Shown: positions 7,795 to 19,304 of the stretch, one piece after another | Numbering within the stretch: the first letter of the stretch is position 1 | How the letters are laid out: each line of letters opens with the position of its first letter | Origin: a virus | Taxonomy: Duplodnaviria; Heunggongvirae; Uroviricota; Caudoviricetes | Virus record (IMG/VR): IMGVR_UViG_3300031134_000612 | Length of the DNA stretch: 64,000 bases | Strand: one strand, 5' to 3' | The notes under the pieces: generated by a model | The model's input: only the letters and a program-made list of their open reading frames with translations | Databases searched by the model: none | Told to the model about the DNA's origin: nothing | Made by a program: the position numbers and the translations under genes

Positions 7795-9708
7795 TTAACG
7801 ATTAAAAAAACGGGATGTAATATTTTTCAATAAACCATTTTTCTTCAATTCTTTTGAGTTATCTAAATCGTCTTGAACTTTTTTATTTAAGACTGGATAA
7901 CTTTTAAAATCATGCTTAACGATTTCTAGTTGTAGTTTCTTAAACTCATCATTGTCATAAAGCTGATCATCATTTTTAAAGTGAGCCGCACTGTGAGTGC
8001 CATCTTTGTTTAAAGTAATGCCTACTATTGAATTGTTTTCAACTGGGTCTTTATTGAAGTCATAAATAAAATATTGATGGGAATCTTCTTTATAACTTTT
8101 AAAATGAACTTCATCTCTCACAATACACCATGAAGAACTACCAGTAGCTGAGCTTTGTTGGAAGTTTTCAATCTTAATAATAACCATATTGTCATCATTT
8201 TTAATGACTTCTGCATTTACTGCATTAGCTTTATTGATAACAGATTCACTATTGAAACCATTATGAATGGAATAAAGTTGTTTCAATGCCTTGTTAAAAT
8301 CTTCGCTTGACTTAAAGGCTGCAAGTTTTTTACCTAAACTTTCTTGTAATTCACTGGCAGGTATTTTCAAATCATACAATAATTCTAGTACTTTGAAAGA
8401 TTCATCGTTGTAGAGGTGTTGATATTTTTTACTGGATATACTTAATCCATATTGATGTATTTTATGATCACGAACATAAGCGTTCATCGAATCATCAAGC
8501 TCTTCAAATAAAAGTTCATTAATTTCTTCCAGTAAATTATAATCTTTTGATTTCAATATGGCTTCGTGTTCAAGATAAGTATTAGCAGCCGTGAATGCAC
8601 GTTCACAATCATCAAAATCTTCTTTTAATTTATTCACAAACATTTTTGAAATCGTTGGGCTTTTCTTTAAACGTAAAGCGAGTTCACGTTGAAGTACAGT
8701 TTCGATTAAACTATCTTTAACAACTTTTGAGTTGATATTAACCCAACTACCATCTCTTTTTTTAATTGCCATACTGTTATCATCAAAAATATTCATTTGG
8801 TTAATAACCGATCCAGCGTCATTAAATTTAAAAACTGAGCTAATATTATGAACGTGATTCAAATCATGATCAGAGCGTTCTAATAACATAAGTTCAACAG
8901 TGCTAGCCTTTTTCATCAGTTCAACATAGTGATGGGCATCGGAATAAATAAAATCTTTATTCGATTGTAAAAGTGTATCAATAATTTCACTTCTAATCGT
9001 TTTATAATGATTGATATGTTCAAAAGACTTGCTTTCTTTAACCAATTTTTTTAATAAATCATCTTGATTGTAATATTTTTCAAGTAACGATAGACTTCGT
9101 TTTAACTTAAAACAGTTTTCATGGTAACTACTTAGATCGTTTGCATCTGGATTTAAAGCTTTTTTATTGACATAGGGTAAAATATGAAAAACATTATTTA
9201 AATCTACTTGTATTTTTTCAATTTTACTCAATAGATCGGTAAAGACATCATCCTGTTTAATTGATTCGAATAATGGATCTATTTTAACTTTAATGACTGA
9301 AAGATTAACACCATAATCAGATGCAATTGCTTCCCAATTATTAAAATTTTCAGACAAATCAGCCATAATAGAAGATGAAGTCAATCTATTTAAGACTCTA
9401 ATCAGATTTCTAAGATCCTGCGTCTTATGTAATAATATTTCAACGTCATCTATATTACTAAAATCAAGGGTTGTATAAGCTTTTTTAAATTCAAGCATAG
9501 ATTGATAAACAACATGAGATGAATATCCATTAGCTTGATTATAAAATTCATCAAGACCTTTTAAATAACTATCAAAACGTGCATTATTTTTATACTCGCC
9601 ATTTGAATAAAGAGTTTGGAAACGTTCTCTTAATGAAAAATCTTCGTAGCTATCAAAAGTATCATTATGTGCTGCTTTTATTTGTTTAACTTCATTGTCG
9701 GTTAACAT
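7795..9708 (-). CDS. large hypothetical protein (637 aa), paralog of 25080..27197
   Basis: Its C-terminal 250 aa align by eye with the other large ORF (KKYQHLYNDESFK.LELLYDL, GSSSWCIVRD, QYFIYDFN, LVGITL.K). Confidence 0.6.
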   Translation of the reverse strand: MLTDNEVKQIKAAHNDTFDSYEDFSLRERFQTLYSNGEYKNNARFDSYLKGLDEFYNQANGYSSHVVYQSMLEFKKAYTTLDFSNIDDVEILLHKTQDLRNLIRVLNRLTSSSIMADLSENFNNWEAIASDYGVNLSVIKVKIDPLFESIKQDDVFTDLLSKIEKIQVDLNNVFHILPYVNKKALNPDANDLSSYHENCFKLKRSLSLLEKYYNQDDLLKKLVKESKSFEHINHYKTIRSEIIDTLLQSNKDFIYSDAHHYVELMKKASTVELMLLERSDHDLNHVHNISSVFKFNDAGSVINQMNIFDDNSMAIKKRDGSWVNINSKVVKDSLIETVLQRELALRLKKSPTISKMFVNKLKEDFDDCERAFTAANTYLEHEAILKSKDYNLLEEINELLFEELDDSMNAYVRDHKIHQYGLSISSKKYQHLYNDESFKVLELLYDLKIPASELQESLGKKLAAFKSSEDFNKALKQLYSIHNGFNSESVINKANAVNAEVIKNDDNMVIIKIENFQQSSATGSSSWCIVRDEVHFKSYKEDSHQYFIYDFNKDPVENNSIVGITLNKDGTHSAAHFKNDDQLYDNDEFKKLQLEIVKHDFKSYPVLNKKVQDDLDNSKELKKNGLLKNITSRFFNR

Positions 9709-9807
9709 ATTTAAATCTTAGTTTTTTACATTATAACATAAAACATCATAAGATTTAAGATGTGTTTAAAATTTAAAAGAGTTTCCTATATCCATTTTTA
9801 AAGAAAT

Positions 9808-9835
9808 AAAAAAAACACCTCCTAAGAGATGTTTA
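9808..9835 (-). terminator. probable rho-independent terminator after the S49 peptidase gene
   Basis: Minus-strand reading ACATCTC-TTA-GGAGGTGT followed by T8. Confidence 0.45.
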
Positions 9836-9855
9836 TATTGTTACAATATTAAGGT

Positions 9856-10740
9856 TTAACGAATGCTTTCATTAGGCTGTGACATTGAGAACATTTTCTC
9901 AATGAATTTACCCACTGCAGTTTCAAGCACCGCATCAAGGCCAACCAAACCAGCCAGACCACCACTTTTTGCTTTCACATCAGTGCTGACTTGATGAAGT
10001 TTGAAACCTTCTTTAAACGCTTTCAAAATAGCCGTGCGGCTATCACCGATTTCATCAACCAGTTTTTCAGCAACAACATCTTGTGCCATATAGAAATCAC
10101 CTTCCATCAGCTTTTCAGCATTGACATTAGGACGATATTTCAATACATGGTTTTTGAAAGCAGTATGAATATCAACCAGTTTTTCTTGGAACACTTTTTC
10201 TTGTTCGGCTGTCGGTGTTTGTGTAGGAACAACAGAACGTTTATTGGTGCCAGCAGTATAAACTTTTACTTTTACGCCGATTTTATCAAGAACTTCTTCA
10301 AAAATAGGAACCTGCGAAACCACGCCAATAGAGCCAACAAACGCAAAAGGTTGAGCCACAATACGGTCACACACGGAAGCCATCATATAACCACCACTTG
10401 CTGCTACTTCATCTACGAAAGCAGTGACATGAAGGCCGTGGGCACGAAGGCGACTGATTTGTTGTGCAGCGTTTGCATAGGCTGTTACACTGCCACCGGG
10501 GCTTTTGATAACCATATACACTGCGTCACCACGTTCGGAGTTCAGGATAGTCATGTCTACATCACGTTCGAGTTTTTCAAAAGCATTACCTTTATCTTCG
10601 GAGTTGAAACGAATGACAAAAATATTTTCATCTTTTGCATTAGCTTTAATTTGACGACGAACTTCTTTACTAGCGATGCTTTTAGTCAGTTCACGGTTCA
10701 GATCTTTGATTTCGGTTTTGAAACGAATTTCTTTAGACAT
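9856..10740 (-). CDS. peptidase S49 family protein (SppA/SohB-like signal-peptide-peptidase or ClpP-class prohead-protease fold)
   Basis: IKSPGGSVTAY and catalytic-Ser context AASGGYMMAS, typical of S49; GGAG SD present. Confidence 0.75.
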   Translation of the reverse strand: MSKEIRFKTEIKDLNRELTKSIASKEVRRQIKANAKDENIFVIRFNSEDKGNAFEKLERDVDMTILNSERGDAVYMVIKSPGGSVTAYANAAQQISRLRAHGLHVTAFVDEVAASGGYMMASVCDRIVAQPFAFVGSIGVVSQVPIFEEVLDKIGVKVKVYTAGTNKRSVVPTQTPTAEQEKVFQEKLVDIHTAFKNHVLKYRPNVNAEKLMEGDFYMAQDVVAEKLVDEIGDSRTAILKAFKEGFKLHQVSTDVKAKSGGLAGLVGLDAVLETAVGKFIEKMFSMSQPNESIR

Positions 10741-10817
10741 TTAATGCTCCTAGGCGTTATTAATGAGTGAATTATAATACATTTTTGAAACGTTGTAAAG
10801 GAATGATTTGTATCGAG

Positions 10818-11024
10818 TTATTTATGATAACGGGAAATTCTCACAATCTCACCATCCATCCATTGAACAGCACTCAATTCTGGAAGACGTTTATTCTCGG
10901 GTTCAAAAATAAAACGCCGAACACCACGAAGCAAACCGTAACCATAGCTCAACTCAGAAACGATTTTGTAAAGATTGCCACTGATTGAATACATGTTACC
11001 GCAAACGAGAGGTTTATGTTTCAT
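10818..11024 (-). CDS. small hypothetical protein (68 aa)
   Basis: Internal Met with an AAGGAA SD; the longer listed ORF lacks an SD at its first Met. Weak call. Confidence 0.3.
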   Translation of the reverse strand: MKHKPLVCGNMYSISGNLYKIVSELSYGYGLLRGVRRFIFEPENKRLPELSAVQWMDGEIVRISRYHK

Positions 11025-11115
11025 CGAGATAATTCCTTGATAGTCATTTAAGTAGGTCGCTATTATATCAATATTTCCTTTCAATATCAATCATTAAGTT
11101 AGAAAAAAATAAAAC

Positions 11116-11144
11116 TTTACGACAATCTAAAATTTTGGTATAAT
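11116..11144 (+). promoter_or_regulatory. sigma70-like promoter: -35 TTTACG, 17-nt spacer, extended -10 TGGTATAAT
   Basis: Consensus spacing; sits 30 nt upstream of the GGAG SD of 11174. Confidence 0.5.
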
Positions 11145-11173
11145 TAATGTTAAATTATTTACCGGAGTTACTT

Positions 11174-11776
11174 ATGAAATGGTTAAATTGTCAAGAAACA
11201 ATTAATAAATTACTCGAAAAAGGTTTTACAGTGTCTCATTGTCCAACTTACGAGCAATTAGCTCAAGGATCAAATGGACTTAAAGAAAACTTAAATGATG
11301 TACAGGGACTCAGAGTACTGAAAGATATGTTTGTTATCAATAAACATAATGCTAATGATTTCTTTAATACATTAGCAGGATACATTAATGATCCAGATTT
11401 CAATAAAATTGTGAAAATATTAAAAATATACGCTTATTTAGACTACCTGCTCTATACTGTTAATAGTAATGGGTTTTCAATCAATACTCGGGATCTTGAA
11501 GCTACCTATGTTAAACGAACACCAGTTAAGAAAACGGATACGACTAATATTCCAACCGTAAGGCACTCTAATTTGTGTCTTGAGATTTCTCTTGGCCCTA
11601 CAATGGAATGCACCTTACAAGCAAAAAACACTGAGTATCATTTTATAGACTTGTATAAGAAGGTGATTTTCCCAGCGTTTAAAGCCATGCTGAACGAAAC
11701 CATTGATTTAGACATTAAAAACATTAACGAATTTAATGATGATATGTTCGATTTGTTAAAGATGGCAAAAATTTAG
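11174..11776 (+). CDS. hypothetical protein, C-terminal-Met-tail family member (ends MFDLLKMAKI)
   Basis: ORF trimmed to MKWLNCQ, which has a GGAG SD 8 nt upstream; family C-terminal pattern. Confidence 0.55.
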   Translation: MKWLNCQETINKLLEKGFTVSHCPTYEQLAQGSNGLKENLNDVQGLRVLKDMFVINKHNANDFFNTLAGYINDPDFNKIVKILKIYAYLDYLLYTVNSNGFSINTRDLEATYVKRTPVKKTDTTNIPTVRHSNLCLEISLGPTMECTLQAKNTEYHFIDLYKKVIFPAFKAMLNETIDLDIKNINEFNDDMFDLLKMAKI

Positions 11777-11811
11777 AAATAATAAACAATATTAATACAT
11801 AGGAGATAACC

Positions 11812-12147
11812 ATGTTAAATATATTAAGGTATGTATGGGGCTTGTATGACTACTATACAAAATATAAGCATAACAGCGATTTTTTGATGCATGATGATTT
11901 GTTAACAATCACTCGCCTTAGAAACATGAATGGCTTAATTGTAGACACTCGTGGATCTCTTGGTTGCTCATCAGTGAGCATCAGTAATCAATATGTCACC
12001 TTAGACACACCACAATCAACATTGGATTCATTTTTTGAAAAGTCATGGATCGAAGTTAAAAAACAATATCCACGTAGGCAGTGGTATTATCAAATGGAAA
12101 AAAGAATGATTAAATACCAAAGAGCTAAGAACAAAGAAATAAAATAG
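11812..12147 (+). CDS. hypothetical protein (111 aa)
   Basis: AGGAG SD; followed by a bidirectional terminator. Confidence 0.5.
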   Translation: MLNILRYVWGLYDYYTKYKHNSDFLMHDDLLTITRLRNMNGLIVDTRGSLGCSSVSISNQYVTLDTPQSTLDSFFEKSWIEVKKQYPRRQWYYQMEKRMIKYQRAKNKEIK

Positions 12148-12155
12148 TTATAAAT

Positions 12156-12192
12156 AAAAAAGGCACCTAAGTCAATTAGAGTGCCTTTTTTG
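12156..12192. terminator. bidirectional rho-independent terminator (AGGCAC...GTGCCT flanked by A- and T-runs)
   Basis: Hairpin with an A-run 5' and a T-run 3'; it separates convergent genes. Confidence 0.65.
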
Positions 12193-12204
12193 TAATCGAT
12201 CTCT

Positions 12205-13020
12205 TTAAATGGTCGTCATTATGAACAAATCAATTTTAGCCGCTAACTCATCTTGTGGAATAGCTAAAAAATCAGAGTAAATGCTATAATGGAGATTTTC
12301 AATATACATCATCAAGACTTCATGGGTAAAGATATCCACATCTTGATTGGTAAATACCGTGCTGGCTTCCACGATATCTTCAACAGTAGCTAACCCAGTT
12401 AAGTCATTAGGTAGCTTATACACAACCTTGTCTACCAAACTAAAATACAATGAAAATGGAAGATGATTAAAAAAACTAACAGTGGGGAACACCACGACTT
12501 TGTTGTCTCGGGTTACTGCAAAATTTTTCACAAATGCATACTGAGTAACATTTCTATATTTACCATGAAAACATGATGTTATACTATGTTTTTCATCATC
12601 TTTTCTTGTCATAGATAAAACAGAAACACCTGCAGGTGCTCGTTGAAATGTGTAGAACTCATGATTTTTAATACTCGAATTAATGGTCAAAAACTTCTGA
12701 AAATGTTTGTTATTTTCAAATCTTTTGATAAATTCATTAATGAAAAGAAACTGTTCTCTTGAATATTTACTCATATTGAAGACTTGGTTGAACTTGTCCA
12801 AGTTATAGGAGTTTTCTAGATAGACTGAATGGAACAACGGTTGGTTTGGTTTCATGCCGAATTTTACAAAACTTTTACCAATATTGCTTTCATACTGATG
12901 CATTTTAAACAAAACGTTAACACGAATATCTTCTTGTGGATAGTTTTGATATTCAAAGAAAGTCACTCGTGTGGATCTTGTATTAAAAGTATCAGAGATG
13001 GCTTTTTGAATATTTTCCAT
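12205..13020 (-). CDS. family member (271 aa; ends KIDLFIMTTI)
   Basis: First gene (lowest coordinate) of the 15-paralog minus-strand array; family C-terminal tail. Confidence 0.6.
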   Translation of the reverse strand: MENIQKAISDTFNTRSTRVTFFEYQNYPQEDIRVNVLFKMHQYESNIGKSFVKFGMKPNQPLFHSVYLENSYNLDKFNQVFNMSKYSREQFLFINEFIKRFENNKHFQKFLTINSSIKNHEFYTFQRAPAGVSVLSMTRKDDEKHSITSCFHGKYRNVTQYAFVKNFAVTRDNKVVVFPTVSFFNHLPFSLYFSLVDKVVYKLPNDLTGLATVEDIVEASTVFTNQDVDIFTHEVLMMYIENLHYSIYSDFLAIPQDELAAKIDLFIMTTI

Positions 13021-13052
13021 AGAAAACTCCTAAATAATAGGCGATTATACCA

Positions 13053-13844
13053 TTATATAAGATTCATTTCAACCAAATTCATCATGTCTTCATAATTTGA
13101 ACAGCTATCAAAGATAGTATCAACCAGTCGTCTATTTTTAAGAACCGCATCAATGTAATAAAAGAAAATATCATAAGACCATTCAGAATCAACCACATTT
13201 TTTAAATCATCGAGTTCAACACCGTTCTCAAACAATGATTCAAAGGTGAGCGAGTAACGGTCAGCATTATTTCCACTGAATGTTGATGAATTAGCTGCTT
13301 TATTGAGTTCTGGTGATAAAATGATAGAATAATTTTTTTGTTTTAAAGAAATATCCAAAAACAAAACGGGTCGAAATCTATTGGAGTTATCCAATACCAT
13401 TTTTTTTGTGTATGAATAATAAAAATTGTGATTATAAGGATTATGATAGAGTTCAATATCATTCAAGATTGAAGAATGATAAAACAGATGTTCGATTGTC
13501 TGATTGACTGTACGCTTTGTGTGTAGAAGTTTTAAATCAAAATAACCTTTTGTTTCAATCATGTGAACCAACGCATCATTCAAGAAAAAAGCACTGAATG
13601 CTTTCAATAATAAAAGATTATCACCATCAGTAGGGAGGATAGTCGGAATACATGATAAATAGACAGATTCATTGTAAAAAACAGAACTTGATATAAAATT
13701 TCCTTTAAAATTTAACAAAGCCACGGGTAAATCATGACTAGCCAGTAAAGAAACAGTAGATGAATTCAGAAACTCAGCACGACTGAAATAACCACAAAAG
13801 TTATCTTCAATGGCTTTTATAAAATGCTCATCAATCTTAGACAT
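13053..13844 (-). CDS. family member (263 aa; ends MMNLVEMNLI)
   Basis: Tandem with its neighbours and only a few nt from them; family tail. Confidence 0.6.
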   Translation of the reverse strand: MSKIDEHFIKAIEDNFCGYFSRAEFLNSSTVSLLASHDLPVALLNFKGNFISSSVFYNESVYLSCIPTILPTDGDNLLLLKAFSAFFLNDALVHMIETKGYFDLKLLHTKRTVNQTIEHLFYHSSILNDIELYHNPYNHNFYYSYTKKMVLDNSNRFRPVLFLDISLKQKNYSIILSPELNKAANSSTFSGNNADRYSLTFESLFENGVELDDLKNVVDSEWSYDIFFYYIDAVLKNRRLVDTIFDSCSNYEDMMNLVEMNLI

Positions 13845-13846
13845 GA

Positions 13847-14752
13847 TTAATACGTCAACATTTCAGTGACTTTCAATCGACCAATCAATTCCTCTCGGGG
13901 TAATGTCATCATTAGCTTCTTCTCCTTCAATTTTAAGTTTTCAGCACGACCAATCATGTCCACAACACATTTTAAAAATTTAGCATTAAACCTTTCAAAC
14001 ATCTGGTTGATATCCGCTTCCATATTATCAGAAAACATAGGGACTGCATACTTAAATTTTAAGGTTGACAAAACAGGGAGGTTAAATAATAACCCCGGAA
14101 CAAAAGCACCTTGACTGTCTTTCAATAACACAATTTCGACTTTTGATGGTGAAAAAGAAAAATTATTATTTTTTCGTGAGTTTTCTGTTTTTGACATATG
14201 CCCATAATAGGATTTACACAATCGTTGTTCTTTGGTGTCTTTGTATGTTTTCGTTTTCACAAAAAAGTCTTTCAATGTTTGTGGAACAGGACTTTTTTCA
14301 AACTTAGAAAAGAACTCAAATTCATCAGTTTCCTTAATATAACGGTCTATAACAGTGTCCATAATAGAAGCGGGCAAGGCCCGTCCTGCCATAAGCTGTT
14401 CAAACAACGTCAAAACTACCTTGCTTTTGTCTATTTTATCGTTAAATATGGTGTATACAGCTTGTCCATCATAGACATGATTATAAACCCTAAAATACTT
14501 GGTATCGAAAGAACTAGTTCCACGCTCAACCAACAGCTTAAACCCATAGGCACTATTTTCTTCAAGAGGATAATCTCTTGGGCCATATTTGTCAGCCATT
14601 ATCGTTCGTACTTGCTTTATCAGTGGTTCATAATCGTGCATTGCGGCCTCTTGTCGTTTTATAGTATTCTTGTCAACTTCATCAAAGGTGGTAATCTTAA
14701 CATCACCTTTCTTGATATTAGATAACAAGGTATTCAGTATAATTTTATTCAT
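13847..14752 (-). CDS. family member (301 aa; ends RLKVTEMLTY)
   Basis: Tandem array; family tail. Confidence 0.6.
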   Translation of the reverse strand: MNKIILNTLLSNIKKGDVKITTFDEVDKNTIKRQEAAMHDYEPLIKQVRTIMADKYGPRDYPLEENSAYGFKLLVERGTSSFDTKYFRVYNHVYDGQAVYTIFNDKIDKSKVVLTLFEQLMAGRALPASIMDTVIDRYIKETDEFEFFSKFEKSPVPQTLKDFFVKTKTYKDTKEQRLCKSYYGHMSKTENSRKNNNFSFSPSKVEIVLLKDSQGAFVPGLLFNLPVLSTLKFKYAVPMFSDNMEADINQMFERFNAKFLKCVVDMIGRAENLKLKEKKLMMTLPREELIGRLKVTEMLTY

Positions 14753-14767
14753 TTTTAATATCCTATC

Positions 14768-15547
14768 TTAAATATGACTCATTGCAATAACAGCGAGATG
14801 TTCGTCAAATGATTCTTGACTCATTGCATTAAAAGCAGCGTAATCAATATCAAATACTTTTTGGAACAACTTTTGGACAATAGGTAAGATGTCCAGTAAC
14901 GCCTTACCGATAAAACCATTTAAATCTTTTTGCATATTGTAAGCATTGTATAAATGGACATCATGTTTTATATTTCCAAATTGAATTCTCATGAAAGGAT
15001 AGGCAACAAAACTATTGCCTTCATAATAAAACATAATTTTGGTTAAAACAGTAATCAACGATTGTCGAATATTATAAATTTTATTATTGATGAAATGGTT
15101 AGAGTAAGTTTTAGTAGCAAAAAAATAAGCATGCGAACTGTAGTCACGAATATAGCCAAAGTCTGATTTTAATAAAGAATTATCCATAAAATCAGACTTT
15201 TTCAACAAACTGTATTTTTTTGTAAAGTTTAAAAAGTTTGATTTAAAAGAATCTACAATAACATCTGATTTTTTATGCATAAGTTTAGTTGATAGTTCTT
15301 GAAGAAACGTTTCGCTGATATCGGTTGAAATCTTGATAGTTTTCTTGTCTTGTCGATTAACGTGAGCATAGATGAAATGATTTCCTGTTTCCAATTGAAC
15401 AGTAAACTTAATAACATCTGTTATACCCATTTCAGCTTTGTGTTTAATGTTCATCCCTATAACATCAAGCCCCATCGTCTCTTTAAGCATTTTACAAAAA
15501 TCATGCTTAAGTGGTGTGAGGTGATTAAGAACTTTATCTTTCTTCAT
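14768..15547 (-). CDS. family member (259 aa; ends EHLAVIAMSHI)
   Basis: Tandem array with a 4-nt overlap to the upstream gene. Confidence 0.6.
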   Translation of the reverse strand: MKKDKVLNHLTPLKHDFCKMLKETMGLDVIGMNIKHKAEMGITDVIKFTVQLETGNHFIYAHVNRQDKKTIKISTDISETFLQELSTKLMHKKSDVIVDSFKSNFLNFTKKYSLLKKSDFMDNSLLKSDFGYIRDYSSHAYFFATKTYSNHFINNKIYNIRQSLITVLTKIMFYYEGNSFVAYPFMRIQFGNIKHDVHLYNAYNMQKDLNGFIGKALLDILPIVQKLFQKVFDIDYAAFNAMSQESFDEHLAVIAMSHI

Positions 15548-16350
15548 TCTATTAAAATCTCCAATATTCTAAAATCATCAACGGAACCAACAGACTGCTC
15601 ATCTGAAATAATATTAAATTTTGTTAAGAAAAACTGATACAATTTAGGTGTCATAGTTTCAATGAACAAATTAATAAAATAATCAATATCTTCATTTTTT
15701 TCATTTTTATCAATTTGAATTGTTTTAATTTTTCTATCTAAATAAAAAGAAATATGTGTTCGAGCATTTAAGTAAGGTAATGAACCTTTATAATTGTCAA
15801 TACTGTTTGAAATAAACAAACACTCGTTGTTTTTTTCATCAACAAAAAAGCGGACAAAACCAAAATCTCTGATATTAAATGATAAATCAATAATAGGTTT
15901 AATCTTAAAATCTTCTGTAATCACATAAGATTGCTCTAAATTAATCATATTCCATGCATTTCTGTATGAAAAATTGGACGCCATCGTAATTTTTTGAGCC
16001 GATGATCTATATTGTGCCAACATTCCCTTTTCCAAACAAACAGGTTCTCTGAAAATAATTTTTGAAATAGGCTGTTCAAAGAACGCATTAGTAATATATT
16101 GACAATTTGAAAAATCATCAAATTTAACAAACAATAGATCAACTTGTTCTTTAATACTAGGATCAACGAATAAATACCCCAGAACTTTACACAAGTTTTT
16201 ATCATATTCAAATTTTAATAATAACTTTGAATCTCCTTTTAGAAAAACACGAAAGGAACTGTCTTCTTCAATGTAAGAAAAAACATATTGCTCACCCATT
16301 ACTCGTTTAAAAGCTTCTTTAATATTGTCAACCGTTGTAAATTCATTCAT
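15544..16350 (-). CDS. family-like member (268 aa; ends FRILEILIE, Met not conserved)
   Basis: Same size class and array position; divergent tail. Confidence 0.5.
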   Translation of the reverse strand: MNEFTTVDNIKEAFKRVMGEQYVFSYIEEDSSFRVFLKGDSKLLLKFEYDKNLCKVLGYLFVDPSIKEQVDLLFVKFDDFSNCQYITNAFFEQPISKIIFREPVCLEKGMLAQYRSSAQKITMASNFSYRNAWNMINLEQSYVITEDFKIKPIIDLSFNIRDFGFVRFFVDEKNNECLFISNSIDNYKGSLPYLNARTHISFYLDRKIKTIQIDKNEKNEDIDYFINLFIETMTPKLYQFFLTKFNIISDEQSVGSVDDFRILEILIE

Positions 16351-17126
16351 CAGATGGTTTCCATTGTCATCAGTGTAAGATAGTCTTTAATAGATGTTTC
16401 TGAAAAACTGCTGGTATCAGAAATATCAAATTTCTTAGCAATAGTAGATACTGAGTTGGCTAAAATGATAGCTTTAACTTGATTGCATATGTCATCAACT
16501 CTATGGTTCAAAGTTCCATCATCTTTCAAATCAATAGAGAGTGTTTTACCTGTAATAGTAAAAGTTATCATTTTATTGGACTTTAATACAGTTCCGTCTA
16601 GATAATAATAAGGCTGACTTTTAAGACGTGAATTCATAAAAGAAAATTTATTCAAATGAGCCTCAAATGAAATTTTTCCCTGCAAAATTTCTTTATGTGT
16701 GCAATATTTAAGTTTTCTTTTTTTATCATGATATATTTCACCCATAGGTTCAGCATTAAATTTCATATGCACTGTGCCTACCTGAAAATCATCGAGTACA
16801 GATTTAATTGAATCTTTAATGAAATGAAGTTGTTTATTCTCTTGGTCTGATTTAAAACACAAGTATAAATCTCTAAGCGTGCCGGGATTGGAACTGCATT
16901 TTATTTCAATATGTGGAACATTATACAAGTAGTGAGCTGAGATATAATGAAGTTTATCTCGTGGTGTTTTATAATGACAAACAATCAGCATACCTGTTTG
17001 ATATTCGTTTTCTTCGATTGAAAAAGAGTCTAATTCATTAGATAAAACATCAACAATAAATTTCACAATATTGTTTTTAATAAAGTTAGCATTCTCTAAG
17101 AAAGTTGACATTAATCCAATCTCCAA
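16350..17126 (-). CDS. family member (258 aa; ends YLTLMTMETI)
   Basis: Tandem array; family tail. Confidence 0.6.
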   Translation of the reverse strand: MEIGLMSTFLENANFIKNNIVKFIVDVLSNELDSFSIEENEYQTGMLIVCHYKTPRDKLHYISAHYLYNVPHIEIKCSSNPGTLRDLYLCFKSDQENKQLHFIKDSIKSVLDDFQVGTVHMKFNAEPMGEIYHDKKRKLKYCTHKEILQGKISFEAHLNKFSFMNSRLKSQPYYYLDGTVLKSNKMITFTITGKTLSIDLKDDGTLNHRVDDICNQVKAIILANSVSTIAKKFDISDTSSFSETSIKDYLTLMTMETI

Positions 17127-17162
17127 AATATGGCAAGATTATACCATATTATTAGAGTTAAA

Positions 17163-17984
17163 TCAATAAGAAGCCATTTCAGTGACAATCACATAATCGA
17201 CTAATTCTTGCATAGAATAGTCTTTAAGGTCATCAAAGTTTTCATGAGAACGAAGACGAAGGTTTCGTTTAATGATTTCGTATAATTGAACGCGAATACA
17301 ATTTTCATATTTATACAAGAGTAGTTGCAAAGCTTCATCAGTGATGCCTTTATTGATATCCACCATCATGGTAAATTTAATATCGGCTAACAAGGGTATG
17401 TTGAGAACATAAACAGGAGCCAACTCACCAGAATAAGTGGACATATGTAAACTCATGGTACAAATGGAATGAGATGCTTTTACTTTTGAACTTGAAAATC
17501 GACGGCGTTGTTCAGCTCTGCGACTACGATCTGAATAATAAAACATAGACAAGTGTTTTTTATTGGTTAATTTTCTTCGACGGTTTTCAGTGGTTAATGA
17601 TTCAACTGAAAGATCTTTGGGATGATATTCAACGGAATCAAACTGGTTCCATTGTTTACCCACATCAAAAAAAGCTTGCATAATATTTTCTAAGTAAGCT
17701 TCATCGACAATGTTTTTATTGATAAGTGTTGAGTATAAAGCTTGATATTCCTGCATATCACCTTCAATACCCACTTTTAAAAAATGACCATTATGACAAG
17801 GCAATACATAAGCATTTAAAATAATATGAGCATTATGATTTTTTCGATATTTAAAAATGAAAAAGTTATCATGACCATAATCAATGGCATGATCACTCAA
17901 TGGAAAGTCTAATCCAGCAGACAACACTGTTGTAGCATGCTGCAACAGTGGCTGACAGATTTCTTTTACGTTGAGCTTAGACAC
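17163..17984 (-). CDS. family member (273 aa; ends YVIVTEMASY); GTG start abuts the serS stop (TAAGTG)
   Basis: ORF immediately downstream of serS on the same strand; the first codon is GTG directly after the TAA stop. Confidence 0.55.
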   Translation of the reverse strand: MSKLNVKEICQPLLQHATTVLSAGLDFPLSDHAIDYGHDNFFIFKYRKNHNAHIILNAYVLPCHNGHFLKVGIEGDMQEYQALYSTLINKNIVDEAYLENIMQAFFDVGKQWNQFDSVEYHPKDLSVESLTTENRRRKLTNKKHLSMFYYSDRSRRAEQRRRFSSSKVKASHSICTMSLHMSTYSGELAPVYVLNIPLLADIKFTMMVDINKGITDEALQLLLYKYENCIRVQLYEIIKRNLRLRSHENFDDLKDYSMQELVDYVIVTEMASY

Positions 17985-19277
<1,293 letters not shown>

Positions 19278-19304
19278 CTATCTTAACATAGTAATACTAT
19301 TTAT

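Noticed and set aside
9991-10770. 259-aa plus-strand ORF, plus similar antisense ORFs at 4048-4548, 14198-14725 and 54747-55715
   Set aside because: They lie entirely antisense to well-supported genes (S49 peptidase, tyrS, a family member, ligA). They have low-complexity Phe/Asn/Ile-rich translations and lack SD sequences, as expected for chance ORFs in AT-rich DNA.
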